Assembly (NCBI RefSeq): GCF_023055435.1
Contig: NW_025964334.1
Location: 46,376,001 to 46,440,000, forward strand
Direction of reading: 5' to 3'
Origin: Haliotis rufescens
Taxonomy: Eukaryota
DNA length: 64,000 nt
Shown here: one piece after another, positions 1-13,093 of the stretch
Layout: each line of letters begins with the position of its first letter
Position numbering within the stretch: the stretch's first letter is position 1
Program-made: the position numbers and the translations under genes
The notes under the pieces: model-generated
The model's database searches: none
The model's input: only the letters and a program-made list of their open reading frames with translations
Told to the model about the DNA's origin: nothing

Positions 1-1662
1 ACAGCGTCGTATGTTTGTCACATGACATGAGAACACACACTAACCAAACAGCATCGTACGTTTGCCACATGACATGAGAACACACTAACCCGACAGCGTC
101 GTATATTTGTCACATGACATGAGAACACACACTAACCCAACAGCGTTGTATGTTTGTCACAGGACACGAGAGCACACACTAACCCAACAGCATCGTATGT
201 TTGCCACATGACATGAGAACACACACTAACCCAACAGCGTCGTATGTTTGTCACATGACATGAGAACACACTAACCCAACAGTGTCATATGTTTGCCACA
301 TGACACGAGAGCACACACTAAACCGACAGTGTCGTATGTTTGCCACATGACATGAGAACACACACTAACCCGACAGCATTGTATGTTTGTCACATGACAT
401 GAGAACACACACTAACCCGACAGCATTGTATGTTTGTCACATGACATGAGAACACACACTAACCCAACAGCATCGTATGTTTGTCACATGACATGAGAGC
501 ACACACTAACCCAACAGCATTGTATGTTTGTCACATGACATGAGAACACACACTAACCCAACAGCGTCATATGTTTGCCACATGACATGAGAGCACACAC
601 TAACCCAACAGCATTGTATGTTTGTCACATGACATGAGAACACACACTAACCCAACAGCGTCATATGTTTGCCACATGACATGAGAACACTCACTAACCC
701 AACAGCGTCGTATGTTTGCCACATGACATGAGAACACACACTAACCCAACAGCGTCATATGTTTGTCACATGACATGAGAACACACACTAACCAAACAGC
801 ATCGTACGTTTGCCACATGACATGAGAACACACTAACCCGACAGCGTCGTATGTTTGTCACATGACATGAGAACACACACTAACCCAACAGCGTTGTATG
901 ATTGTCACAGGACACGAGAGCACACACTAACCCGACAGCATCGTATGTTTGTCACATGACATGAGAACACACACTAACCCAACAGCATCGTATGTTTGTC
1001 ACATGACATGAGAATACACACTAACCCAACAGCATCGTATGTTTGTCACATGACATGAGAACACACACTAACCCAACAGCATCGTATGTTTGCCACATGA
1101 CATGAGAACACACACTAACCCAACAGCGTCGTAGGTTTGTCACATGACATGAGAACACACACTAACCCAACAGCGTCGTATGTTTGTCACATGACATGAG
1201 AGAACACACTATCCCGACAGCATTGTATGTTTGTCAAATGACATGAGAACATACACTAACCCAACAGCGTCGTAGGTTTGTCACATGACATGAGAGAACA
1301 CACTAGCCCGACAGCATTGTATGTTTGTCACATGACATGAGAGCACACAATAACGTCGACAGTGTCATATGTTTTGTCACCTGACATGAGAGTACACACT
1401 AACCCAACAGCATCACATGTTGGTCGTATAACATGAGAGCACACACTAATGCCGACAGCATCGTATGTTTGTCACATGACATGAGAACACACACTAACCC
1501 GACATGCGTCATATACTTGTCACATGACATGAGAACACACACTTACCCGACAGCGTCGTATGTTTGTCACATGACATGAGAACATACATTTACCCTATAG
1601 CGTCGTATATTTATCACATGACACGAGAACACACACTTACCCAACAGCGTCGTATGTTTGTC
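1..1662. repeat. 47-bp minisatellite (~35 copies in the window) whose unit spans the NDUFA9 exon 8 3' end and donor site
   Basis: Unit acagcgtcgtatgtttgtcacatgacatgagaacacacactaaccca. The last copy is the real exon 8/intron junction at 1641/1640. Confidence 0.95.
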
Positions 1663-4600
1663 CCACAGAATCAGGGTTTCTGATGGCCTGGATTACTGCT
1701 TCCGCCACATCCGATACCTGCAAAAAAACCTCTACAATAACAGCACATCAAGATAAACATACTAACCAAGAGCTACTTTAAGCATTCATTAAGCTGACAT
1801 GTAAATACCTAGAGAGATCCAAGCTATCCAGAGCTGACATGTAAATACCTAGAGAGATCCAAGCTATCCAGAGCTGACATGTAAATACCTAGAGAGATCC
1901 AAGCTATCCAGAGCTGACATGTAAATACCTAGAGAGATCCAAGCTATCCATTGTTGACATGTAAATACCTAGAGAGATCCAAGCTATCCAGAGCTGACAT
2001 GTAAATACCTAGAGAGATCCAAGCTATCCAGAGCTGACATGTAAATACCTAGAGAGATCCAAGCTATCCAGAGCTGCCATGTAAATACCTAGAGAGATCC
2101 AAGCTATCCAGAGCTGACATGTAAATACCTAGCGAGATCCAAGCTATCCAGAGCTGACATGTAAATACCTAGAGAGATCCAAGCTATCCAGAGCTGACAT
2201 GTAAATACCTAGAGAGATCCAAGCTATCCATTGTTGACATGTAAATACCTAGAGAGATCCAAGCTATCCAGAGCTGACATGTAAATACCTAGCGAGATCC
2301 AAGCTATCCAGAGCTGACATGTAAATACCTAGAGAGATCCAAGCTATCCAGAGCTGACATGTAAATACCTAGAGAGATCCAAGCTATCCAGAACTGCCAT
2401 TAACATTAACTCAAAAGAAGTTTGACAGACTTACAATAGGAACATGAAAGAATCAGGTGGCCCTTGACTTCTTTTGAATAGTATATGAAAGGCATGGGGA
2501 GCAAGCAGATTATAGGAGAAACCTGCTGGCACTATCCTTGTGGCCAGCATTAGAAATTCTACAAGAGCCATGTTGCTGTCATTCATTTACACAAGATCAT
2601 ACAGCCAAGCTAATGTAACATTGAAATATGGCTGAACAAGTATCCTTCTTATTTGAACAATCCGACTGATTCATAATCATGCATAAGACTTACAAAAACA
2701 GGCTGCTTGATGGTGGCATCTCCTTTGTGCCACAAAGGCATGGTGCCACGAGCTCTCCTCCCTGCAAAATAGTACCAATACCGATACACTAAATCTCAGG
2801 CTAACAACCTGCACGACAAGCAACAACATGAATCATGTTTCCATTTAATGATAATGTTTCTTTGCTGTTACAGTCGAACCTTGTTGTGTCCAACTCATGG
2901 GGACCTTGAGAAATGTTTGAGTTATCTGGGGACAACCAACAAAGTGAATTTTCAAAAAACAAACAGATGTTATAAGAGATTATTACCAGGTCTGGACGCA
3001 ACAATAGATTTCAAGGCGTATGTAAATTTCAGTGCCCAGGCTGCGTCAACTCAGGCCCATCATTGATCCTACTGACCCCATCAAGATTGACTTCACTGTT
3101 TAAGTCTTAGCTCGAATAATAGATTCACTAACATTAATCTTATTGATCTGTTTTACTCATTTTTCAATTTTCATGTGTCGTCAGCAGTCAAGTGCTTTTA
3201 GCAATATACAACAACATCACGGCAGGGGACACCAGAAATGGGGCAGTCAAGTGAATATTAACAGGGAATTTGACACATCCAGTTCAACAGATCCGAGTAT
3301 AAAGGATGATAAATATTGAAGGAATTAGCAGGGACCACAAAATCCACTTATTTGCTTGTATTGACGAGTAGCAGCAGGGCAAGAAAGAATTGAAGAAATG
3401 CTCATCCTACTGGGCAAGTACATATACATTTCAATCGTATCAATTCATTTTTAATTTTTTTTCAAAAATATATGCAAGTTGATTTCGAACCTAAAACATG
3501 TTTTCATCTCTCGTACAATCTAAGTATAAACAACAAAATACATGCCGCTCATATCATGAATAGACGACACACTTGACAACTGACTGTTACAGAAATAAAC
3601 AGGAAATGTGTTTGCGCAGCAGGTATTGAAATAATATCTACTTGCCCTGCAGGACAAGTTGGGTTAAAGGATTTTTAAAGCCCTGTTCAGCCACTGTTTC
3701 CTGCACATTTCCTTTTGGCAAGGCATTATGTAATGTCTAGTCTCTTAATATCCTGGTTACTTACAGACGCTGGCATAGTATCTGATGAATCGGTCCTCTG
3801 CCCCAAAAATGTCAGCTGGTCTGAAGATGGTGGCATCGGGGAACTCTTCCCTCACAGCCTCTTCACCAGCATACTGGGGGAGCATACAACAAAGGTGTGT
3901 ACTTTTCTTAAACACTTCATTTCAGTGACTGAGTGAGTTGGATTCAATGTACATGTAGTTTTAAAGAGTATTTCAGTTACGTCAGAGCAGTTCAGCTTGG
4001 TGAGAAAAGTGATGCAGTTCATAAAATTTACCACTTCGTTGAAACCCACGAGCACAGGTATGGTGCTGACAAACCTAGAAACATAATTGGGCAAACCAGG
4101 ATTTGAATCCGCAATCATAGGACTATGCACACCAATGGGACACAACTTTGCACAGCAAACTGAGGTGCCTTAGATGACTGGGCACCTTTGACCCAACTTG
4201 GTTTACAGATGTACCAAACGAACAGTTTAAGCATAATCCCTTTTTCTCCCAGAGCTTGAACTTCTTTCAGTTTCAAATCTCCATTTGAATATCATAAATC
4301 CCCAATCCCCACCACAGCTGATTGTAAAGTGACATCACCGTGTACATTTTCCTATCCCTTGCTATTAAGCTTGAAATCAAAACAAATGAAAATGAATTAT
4401 GTTAGGCAAAGATCTACATTGAAAGTGACAGACACATTAACTTATCATGAAGGAATGGACATATAAAACACTGGATAATCAAGGCCAATAGGGGAAATGA
4501 AGTAACTCTTTCAGTCACCTGTCATTCCCACTTTTTCACTTTCATGTTCTCATTATTTCACCGAACAGACAATACCTGTAACATATCTCATCTATTTCTA

Positions 4601-7345
4601 TTTCATGTTTTCATGTGTAGAACTCAAAACAGAAACCCAAATGAAAACCTTCTTCACCTTAGTTTTCAAGAAGCGTGATCCTCCTTTGATGTAAATCTGT
4701 TGTGGGTTAGGACTAGCATTGAGTGAAGAGAAGTGGATCAGTCTCTCCACACCATTCTCCCGGGCCAGTCTGGCAACTAGGCGGGCAGACTCCACATGAA
4801 CTTCATTGTACTTGAAGTTTCTGAAACAATAATGTGAAACAGCAAAGGTAAAAAAAGGTATTTGTAAACCCAAGAAAATTGAGACACTCATTACATCCAT
4901 TAAATTATTCATCTTTGGCAAGTTAGTGTTACCTTGTTTCCCAGTCTCGTCCAATCAGATTGATGACAACATTGGAGTACTGCAATACCTTCCTCACAGA
5001 CTCCTCATCTCGGAGGGAGTAAGGCTGGAATACAATACAAGAGTCACTCACTGTATCTGTACAACAGCACATTGCCACATTCAAATGAAACAGGAAGAAA
5101 ATCTTTCATTGTCTCTTGAGCTTATCAGGTTATTAATCATGTTAATGATGACTATCAAAATCTACCTACTGACCCTAAAACATAAGAACTTACAAAGAAC
5201 AAGATCTGTCCCAAATCCCCTGACAACTTGAGTCTCTGAATGTCAAGTGGTTCACCACGATAAGGGATGATCACCTGTGACCCTACTTTACCTGAAAATG
5301 CAATGACAATGTTAAAAATATTAATTGCACATTCATGTGAAAGTATATTGTCATGTTTATGTTGATACTGAATCTACTTTACATTGACCTAACTTTCTTC
5401 TTCATAAACAATATTAAACATGATAAATATGTCCATCGACATAATATACAGAATGTTTAGCTGTTGATATTTTTTCTGTTCTAATTGCAAATTTAAAGAT
5501 AATTTACTGAACAAATATTCAAAAACTGCTTTGGGATTATTGGAAAAGAATTACCTAGTCTGTTGACAATATAGCGGCCAACAAACCCGGTGGCACCAAA
5601 TACCGTAGCAACAACTCCACTGAATGAGGACCTTCCTCCACGGCCTCTCTTGTAGGAAGCTAGGTTGGTACTTTCATCTCTCTTGCTGATGTAAACTGCA
5701 CTAACCAAGCGAGGTACTGTTGCCTTTCCATGCCCTACACATATACAAAAAGGAAATACAAATATGTCTGCATTCACAGTAGAGCACAACATGACAAGTA
5801 GCTCTGAATAAATATGCATATTAATGTTTCATTTTTTCAGTTGTGAGACTGACCAAATTCAAAAGTCACCAATGAAAAATAGAATACATATATAAGACTC
5901 TCAAGGCTCCTAAACACACTACAAGTAACATGCACTATAACATCATAAATCATTACTGGCTTGCGACCAATTATTGCCGAGGACCAATTATCGTCCAACA
6001 CCCCATTATAGCGCACATGAACTGACTTAAGTCTTTCCCATTTTCATTAGAAGGGAGAAATATTTACCTGAATAGATGTGCAAAATTGACTCTTTATCAC
6101 CAAATATTAAAAATACCCGAAAAGAGCTGCCTGCTTAAATATAGTGACGATAACTAGTATAGTTAGCAATACAACTGTAACCCTTTTTTCCATGCACTGA
6201 AATAAGTGCATTTGCTCATAATTTCACAAAAATTAATAGTAGTACTGTAAACTTTAATTCCAAATATTTCAGAAATAACACCGAAAAATGGTGATACCTG
6301 ATCAGTGGCCAGGATGCTTTTACAACTTCTAGTTCCTTTGCTTTATAGTATGAAGCTATATAATTGCAGGCTCGATATTATTGCGGTAACGAAAGATCTT
6401 ATACCACAGCCCCCTGTCAACTGTTTACTTATGCAAACCTAAGCACGATATTTCATCGCTTGATCAAATACAGGACTCATTGCAGTATGTCACAGATGCT
6501 TGTGTCACAACACAAAAGAGTGATACCTCGATAATAGAGTTGCCCACCCTTGAGTCGCTAATGACAGGTACTTTGTTAGCCAATTTTAGAAAATAAGCAT
6601 TAATCAGTCCTAATTGATGTGTCATAAAAGTTGAACAAGAACAAGAAACATTTGCATATGAAATATTTAATAGGTTAGTAAGCGTTCGCCATTACGATCC
6701 ATTGGAAATTAACTACAGCGATAATATAGCGTACCATGCTACCTCGTAACAGTTTACAATATTCCAATGATCGACAATGATCAAATACATTAATTACATT
6801 TGCATCAATGATCTGCTGATGTATGTGTCAAAAATAGGTAATATTACACTGGATATAATACAGAAATACTTAGGCCAATACACTACAATCAGCTACCTCA
6901 CAACAGGATAAGTTGCACGATTAGTCCTGTTTCAAGCGGACATGACTGTCATAAACACCAATATTCACTCCATACATTCTGTACCGTTAACAGTTTTTGA
7001 AAGTGAATCTAGTCCAAAACCCAGAACCAATTGCGCAATGGTGGAAACTTCAAAATTGCAGAAGGTTTTCCTATACAGCATCAATATCCATTATCATAAC
7101 GACGAGTGATATAAACAAGAAAGCTTCAACCGGTGCAGTGCGCTAAACGTGTTGGAGGTCAAAGGGACGGTACCCTTGATTATTATTACTTTGGTAGATG
7201 GTTATCAAAAGTAAGAGTAAATGTGATAACTGTTATGCTTATGAGCATTTTCACCGACATTTCAGTTGCAACTGACAACACAAACGATAATAAACTTACG
7301 CCCAACTTGGACGACAGTTTTGGAAACAGTGGCAATCGCCGCCAT
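1641..7345 (-). CDS. NDUFA9: NADH dehydrogenase (ubiquinone) 1 alpha subcomplex subunit 9, exons 1-8; 3' exons lie beyond the left edge
   Basis: Exons (minus): 7345-7300, 5734-5555, 5291-5194, 5024-4933, 4820-4658, 3873-3765, 2761-2694, 1717-1641. All introns are GT-AG with consistent phase. Spliced protein contains [73 protein letters not shown] and KQPVFVSDVA, which are hallmark NDUFA9 motifs. Confidence 0.96.
1793..2400. repeat. 40-bp minisatellite (~15 copies) in NDUFA9 intron 7
   Basis: Unit gctgacatgtaaatacctagagagatccaagctatccaga, with near-perfect copies. Confidence 0.95.
3928..4195 (-). mobile_element. tRNA-derived SINE (same family as 56760-57040)
   Basis: Reverse complement aligns over ~260 bp with 56760-57040, including degenerate A/B boxes and an actcactc tail. 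Confidence 0.8.
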
Positions 7346-7815
7346 ATTGCCGACACTCAAATTGCATTATGGGAGGATCTTATTTCATGTCAAACGTATT
7401 TTCGTGTGTAACCTATTACGTATTGATCTGTAAAACTGAAGTTCAAAATAAACCATAGGAACATATGTTACAGTACGCATAAAAAGTACGTATAAACATT
7501 AAAAGTAAGATATCTTTGTGTTATTACTACGAAAACTGAAGCGGAATAGAAATGATTAAAACAGAACATTCAAAATAACGTTCGAACTTGTTCCATCATT
7601 ACTTAATTACTAATCAATGTTAAGCAGTAACACATAACTTACGTAATGAACTTTCCTAAAACATCGAAATTACCATTTTAAGAAATCCGCTTTCCTTTTT
7701 AGAGTTTATATTTTGTGAAACCTCGGGCACAGCGCTCGAAAACCGGTCATCAGAAGTTGTATGCACTAACCACAGTCCTTTATCCTTTATTTAACAAAAT
7801 CGAGAATAATTTGGT
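7340..7815. promoter_or_regulatory. Probable bidirectional promoter NDUFA9/TXNL4A
   Basis: NDUFA9 ATG at 7345 (-) overlaps a YY1-like CGCCATATT (7340-7348). A ZNF143/Staf-like CTCCCATAATGCA lies on the minus strand (~7363-7375). A plus-strand donor TTG|GTAAGT at 7814 is the likely end of a TXNL4A 5'UTR exon. Confidence 0.55.
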
Positions 7816-8390
7816 AAGTTTGTGGTATCAATATATGACCTGCTAACATTTTGTATAAATAATTGATGCGTCAATATTCATGCTAACACGATTTATGATT
7901 GTGTGCGCCCAAACAAGTGAATGTGCATGTTATTTCGTGGTATCGTGAAAACGTTTGATTTACGTTGACGGTTGTTTTTGTTGTCTCAAAACGACGACGT
8001 TCATTTCTTTGTTTATCCAAAGATCATAACTGAATTTTCAAGGCACTGCATTTAATTTATTGTAAAAAGGGGAGTAGTGCTCTTTTTCAGATCCAGTTAG
8101 CGCTGTGGGGGCTCGAACGTGGGAAAATTAGCCGACGCTCTACCACTGGACCACAGGCGCTATCACATGTTATCAGTGCTCTTTTAACGGGTCATTAGAA
8201 TCCCCATTAACATTCATGCATAATTCAGTAAACAATGAATTGTGCATGCGTGTGACGTCACGGTCCACTCTCCCATTCATCTTTTTCTTGAAACCACACC
8301 CGCCATTGTTTATGTCAACATGACCGACCAATGGGATTAACCGGATTAATGCTTGAAATTTATGGCTAACCCTTGCCCAAAGCAAGCTAA

Positions 8391-8605
8391 CCCTAGGGAC
8401 CGAAAAGGGGTGTTGGATCGTAAAGACGTGTAAGTTTCCCTAAGACCGAAAAGGGGTGTTGGATCGTAAAGACGTGTAAGTTTCCCTAAGACCGAAAAGG
8501 GGTGTTGGATCATAAAGACATGTAAGTTTCCCTAAGACTGAGAACGGGTGTTGCATCGTAAAGATGTGTAAGTTTCCCTAAGACCGAAAACGGGTGTTGG
8601 ATCGT
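8391..8605. repeat. 46-bp tandem repeat (~4.5 copies) in the putative TXNL4A 5'UTR intron
   Basis: Unit ccctaagaccgaaaaggggtgttggatcgtaaagacgtgtaagttt. Confidence 0.85.
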
Positions 8606-8968
8606 GAAGCGAGAGTCACCAGAGTGTGTGGCACAGTAACGGTATAACGAGACAGCGGTGGCACTATAGCGCGGTAATTGAGCGGATGGTAGAGCTCGGG
8701 CTGCGCCCAGTAAACTGCATTGTTGCCACTTTAGAGTTCTGTACACATGCATTATCCTGGACCCCTAACTGCCATCTTTGTTTGATGCTACTAATGAAGA
8801 CTCACGTGATAGCATCACTATTTGAAAAATATGGCGATAAAGCTGAAAATAAGCAGAAAAATTGCCACTTGCATTTGTAAAGCTGTCCCTGCAATCCACT
8901 GGTGTATAATAATTACCTGTACTTATGTTTCAGACAGATATTGAGTGAGAGCTTCATCAACCAGCAAG

Positions 8969-9397
8969 ATGTCGTACATGCTGCAGCATCTCCACAATGG
9001 CTGGCAGGTGGACCAGGCCATCTTGTCGGAGGAGGATCGCGTGGTCATCATTCGCTTCGGCCATGACTGGGACCCCAGCTGCATGGTGATGGATGAAACT
9101 CTGTACAAGTGTGCCGAGAAAGTGAAGAACTTTGCGGTCATATACTTGGTGGACATTTCAGCAGTACCAGATTTCAACAAAATGTACGAGTTGTATGACC
9201 CCTGCACCTCCATGTTTTTCTACAGAAACAAGCACATCATGATTGACTTGGGCACTGGTAACAACAACAAGATCAACTGGTGTATGGAGGATGTTCAGGA
9301 ATTTATTGACATTGTGGAGACAGTGTACCGTGGGGCAAGGAAAGGACGAGGTCTAGTTGTGTCACCAAAAGACTATTCTACCAAGTACAGATACTGA
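8969..9397 (+). CDS. TXNL4A: Thioredoxin-like protein 4A (Dim1, U5 snRNP 15 kDa), 142 aa, single coding exon
   Basis: MSYMLQHLHNGWQVDQAILSEEDRVVIIRFGHDWDP...GLVVSPKDYSTKYRY. ATG at 8969 (the ORF-track start at 8945 is a GTG). Acceptor tttcag at 8933; AATAAA at 9698-9703. Confidence 0.98.
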   Translation: MSYMLQHLHNGWQVDQAILSEEDRVVIIRFGHDWDPSCMVMDETLYKCAEKVKNFAVIYLVDISAVPDFNKMYELYDPCTSMFFYRNKHIMIDLGTGNNNKINWCMEDVQEFIDIVETVYRGARKGRGLVVSPKDYSTKYRY

Positions 9398-10353
9398 TAT
9401 CTCCCTGAATTCTCCTGTGTCACATTGTGTTTGTCATTGGTCATTTGTTTGTTTATTCATGTGTCACCAACACTGTGTTTCAGACACCATGTACAGTGTA
9501 CTTTTGGTATACAAGGAAGGTATGAACAGTTGGTTGGAAGTGAAATGTCATAAGAAATGTGAAAACATCAGATCGCCAATACGTTAACTATAACATAGAA
9601 GATGTTGTGAGTAATGACTTAATTAGCAAACATCCATATTCCATGTACATAATAGACAGGTAAAGTGCTGTTTTTCATGTGTTTTTCATGATCATGAAAT
9701 AAACACTAAACCTCTCGAATTATTCGAATTTATGGAAACATTGTTTTATATATTATTATGTTGAGAGACAGTGTAGTTAGTTAATTGTGATCACAATGTC
9801 ATCTATTTGGGCAGAATCCCTGCGTGTTAAAGTGTTTGATAGATGGCAACCATGGTTGCTGACAACATCCATAAAGACTAGTGTTTGTCTTTTTGTCTGG
9901 GACAAGGAAATAAATGTTGTGCTATGCTGCTTTTTGTGCTTTGTTGATAAGTATAACAGTCAAGTTGATGAATTTGGTATGGATGACATTTTGGGTGTCT
10001 CCTGCACATTGATCTAAGTGATGCATGAATGTTACATCTGCCACAAGCAAGCTATTTCACATTGGTCTGCAAATAATCATTATCAAGTATGGGCCAAGCA
10101 AAACAGTGGTTGATAGCATGAGTAACAATCCACAAGTAATGATCAATAGACTATGTCCTTCAGTGTGACCACCAGATACCAACTGTGGTGAACTCTTAAA
10201 TACTGACAAGAATGGAATGCTGGGGATATATTCCGAACCAGAAATATCTCAATGTGGTGAGATCAACAGAAAATTGGGATGTAAATTATGTTCTGTATGT
10301 GCTTAGTCTACAAACACTAGATCTCTAAGACATGGGTATAATCTCTAACAATC

Positions 10354-10743
10354 CAGTGTTCCCGTTGGCTTTTGAAACTGCCACTCCTGGTGGACTAGTA
10401 ACTCTAAAAATTACCAGTCCCCACTAATTTTTGTCAGTCCCAACTTCAACAAATAAAAAAACATATGAAAATTACCTGGTCATAATTCTTTCAACATCAT
10501 GTTCAGTGCAATGACGTCATCTCTGAAGTAACTTAGATCTACACGTCATTCGCACAAGGTTCAGTCACAGTTTTCTAATTTTTTTTATGAATATTTCAAG
10601 ACAGTTGCAAAAACTACATTCGGAAAATATATTTACATGAATACCACATATATATACAGTACTTTATTTGCCGGTCCACAGGGACTGGCGGTCACATGAA
10701 TTACCGGTCAAAAACTGGTAATCATCGTTAAATGGGATCACTG
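10354..10743. mobile_element. MITE with CAGTG termini and 5-bp TSD (hAT5-like)
   Basis: TIRs cagtgttccc / gggatcactg, with caatc on both flanks. Confidence 0.6.
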
Positions 10744-11041
10744 CAATCTACTTGTCCAGTGTTAGAAAGACATTTTGTATGAAATATTTGCACTTTTATC
10801 TGGAAATCATAAAGTACAAAAGTGTGGCCTATGTGATTTTTAGAAAAGAAAAAACAACATATGATCTTGCACCCTGTGCACATGATCATCCACACCAAAA
10901 TTAGAGTTTATATTGCTTTTGATCAATTGCAGCATATTCCTCACATGCAGTATATATGAACACTGCTAAAACACTAAATACATTTTATCAAGTTTATTCA
11001 TGAAGTTTCATGAAACTATGTGTCCCCTCATACGAAATTAA

Positions 11042-13093
11042 AGGGGCACTGATCTAACGCAATACCCCGGACTGGTTGTTGCCTTTGTTATTGTTTTTTT
11101 CCCCGTGAGTACCCGGATGATACGCAACGCAACTGAGCGTGACCAGAGACTGGGCTACCGTCTGCAAGGATAGCTAAATAAACTTGGAGGCTGGAGGCAT
11201 AATTTGTTTTACGCATTTTTGCATAAACACTGATTGGTTAACTGTGATCTATAAAGATTTCGACAAAGGGCGCATGTTAATTAATTTCTTCAGCCTAAAC
11301 AAACAGACAAAAAGAACGGCGGAGCTCATCGGATGTCGTCATTTGGAAATACCCCAGATGGTTATAGTTTAATACTAAAAAAAGTATCCATGCAAGGAAA
11401 GCATTTTCGGATTTCGGCTTGCGTCGATAATACGATTACTACTCCCTTGTTGTCATCCACGTTTTCTCGTATAACCCCTACACTTGTGTATTTGTCGTCA
11501 TTCACTTGGTGCTCAGTTAATGAATTTATTACAGGTACAATTAGTGGTAGCGCCACTTAGATTACCTGACAAAAGTTCCCATTTGGCATTTATTGTGTCT
11601 GGGGTAATTATTCAATCTAAATCCAGGTTTGAAGTGAGTTGAAATGTGTGTTATGTAATATGCACGTGGCAGCCCAGCAAGAGATGAATGATAGGTTGAT
11701 TTACTTTTATTTGTAAATCAACGGATCGTTCCTAGTCATCAAAGGATTAACAGAAAATACGTTGATTGATTAATCACTGTTATCTTGCACAGTGGATATG
11801 TCAAGAGTGAGTGTTTACATGTCTAGGTTTACTAAAACAAAGGGAATACACATATATCATGGCGTGAAGTGCCGATGTAAAAACAACATACTTTGTTCAA
11901 AGGGTTAACTGATAATACGTTGATTGATTGATCATTGTTATCTATCACTCAATGGATTTTTTAGGAACCGTGGTCGTTAGTTGTCAGGTGCGCTTTCTCA
12001 GCCGTCCATTGAGACTTGACACCTATGTAAAACACCTGAAACAATCCAAGTGATCAGTTGAGAAACGAACACGGGTTATAATATCCCGAAACGATATATA
12101 TCTTTTAAGATATCATTTTTGATTGTTACTGAGACACGTGACATCGAATAAGTTTCTTTGTACAGCTACAGACAAGTGGGATATTGTTGCTTTGTGTGGA
12201 TATTCACGGATACATTCCTCGAACAAGGAAGCTACCTAAAATTTATACACATAAATTTGGTAGGTTGTAATTATGAAATTTGCATTTTGTTTTCCTTCAT
12301 TTGAACGGATTCGTTCTTGTTTCTCTACGTCTTGGTTGGGACATTCTTCAATGCGCGATAGACGTTGTTTTCACAGGTCTTTTCCTTTGTAAGCGTGTAT
12401 ATATTACCGTCAATTTGTAAAATGTGATTCTCTCAGGCAATTTATAAAATGTGTAAATATTTCAGTCATTTTGACTAAAAAACGATCAAAAGGGCCTACA
12501 AACATCACAACAGATTATTATGTAGGATTAGAAGCCAAACAACATAGAAATGTACTTTTCAAAGTAACATTTTCAGTCTCTTGGTGATGACATTACACAT
12601 CAAAATGTTTGGAACTCACACTGTCATAATAATACAGATGGAAATGTTTTTCAGTCACTTTGTAAAATAACTGAATATTTAGACGTTTTAATAAATTTGT
12701 TACACATTTGACAGTAAAAAAAATATACACACTATAAAAAAAGTAATGCTCAGGTGAAATATTTACTTTGCGTTGCAAGTCAAAATAGTGTAAACGAAAA
12801 TCGCAAAATTACCAAGCAAGTGACTTATCAAAACTTCGTCACCATTACCGATGCTACCCACAAAGATACCTACATTTCCTTATTATCTCGAAAACTGTAT
12901 AATATCATTTTGTTGATCAATGTGACCATACGCCCTTATTACTACCCATAAAAGTGACTAATGCGCTTACGAATGGCGCAGCAGAGGTCGCGAACTAGTC
13001 TAGATTTCTGCTATACATCCGGGTACTCACTGGGAAAAAACAATAACAAAGGCAACAACCAGTCCCGGGGAATTGCGTTAGATCAGTGCCCCT
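11042..13093. mobile_element. Non-autonomous Kolobok-like DNA transposon, copy 1
   Basis: ~80-bp TIRs aggggcactgatcta...gagtacccggatg and TTAA TSD (11038-11041, 13094-13097). 5'-AG...CT-3' ends with TTAA fit Kolobok rather than piggyBac (CCY ends). No intact ORF. Confidence 0.8.

Noticed and set aside
11184-11560. THAP domain in the Kolobok-like element (ICFTHF, GKHF)
   Set aside because: The C2CH spacing and the conserved P/W residues are not recoverable, so the match is too weak to call.
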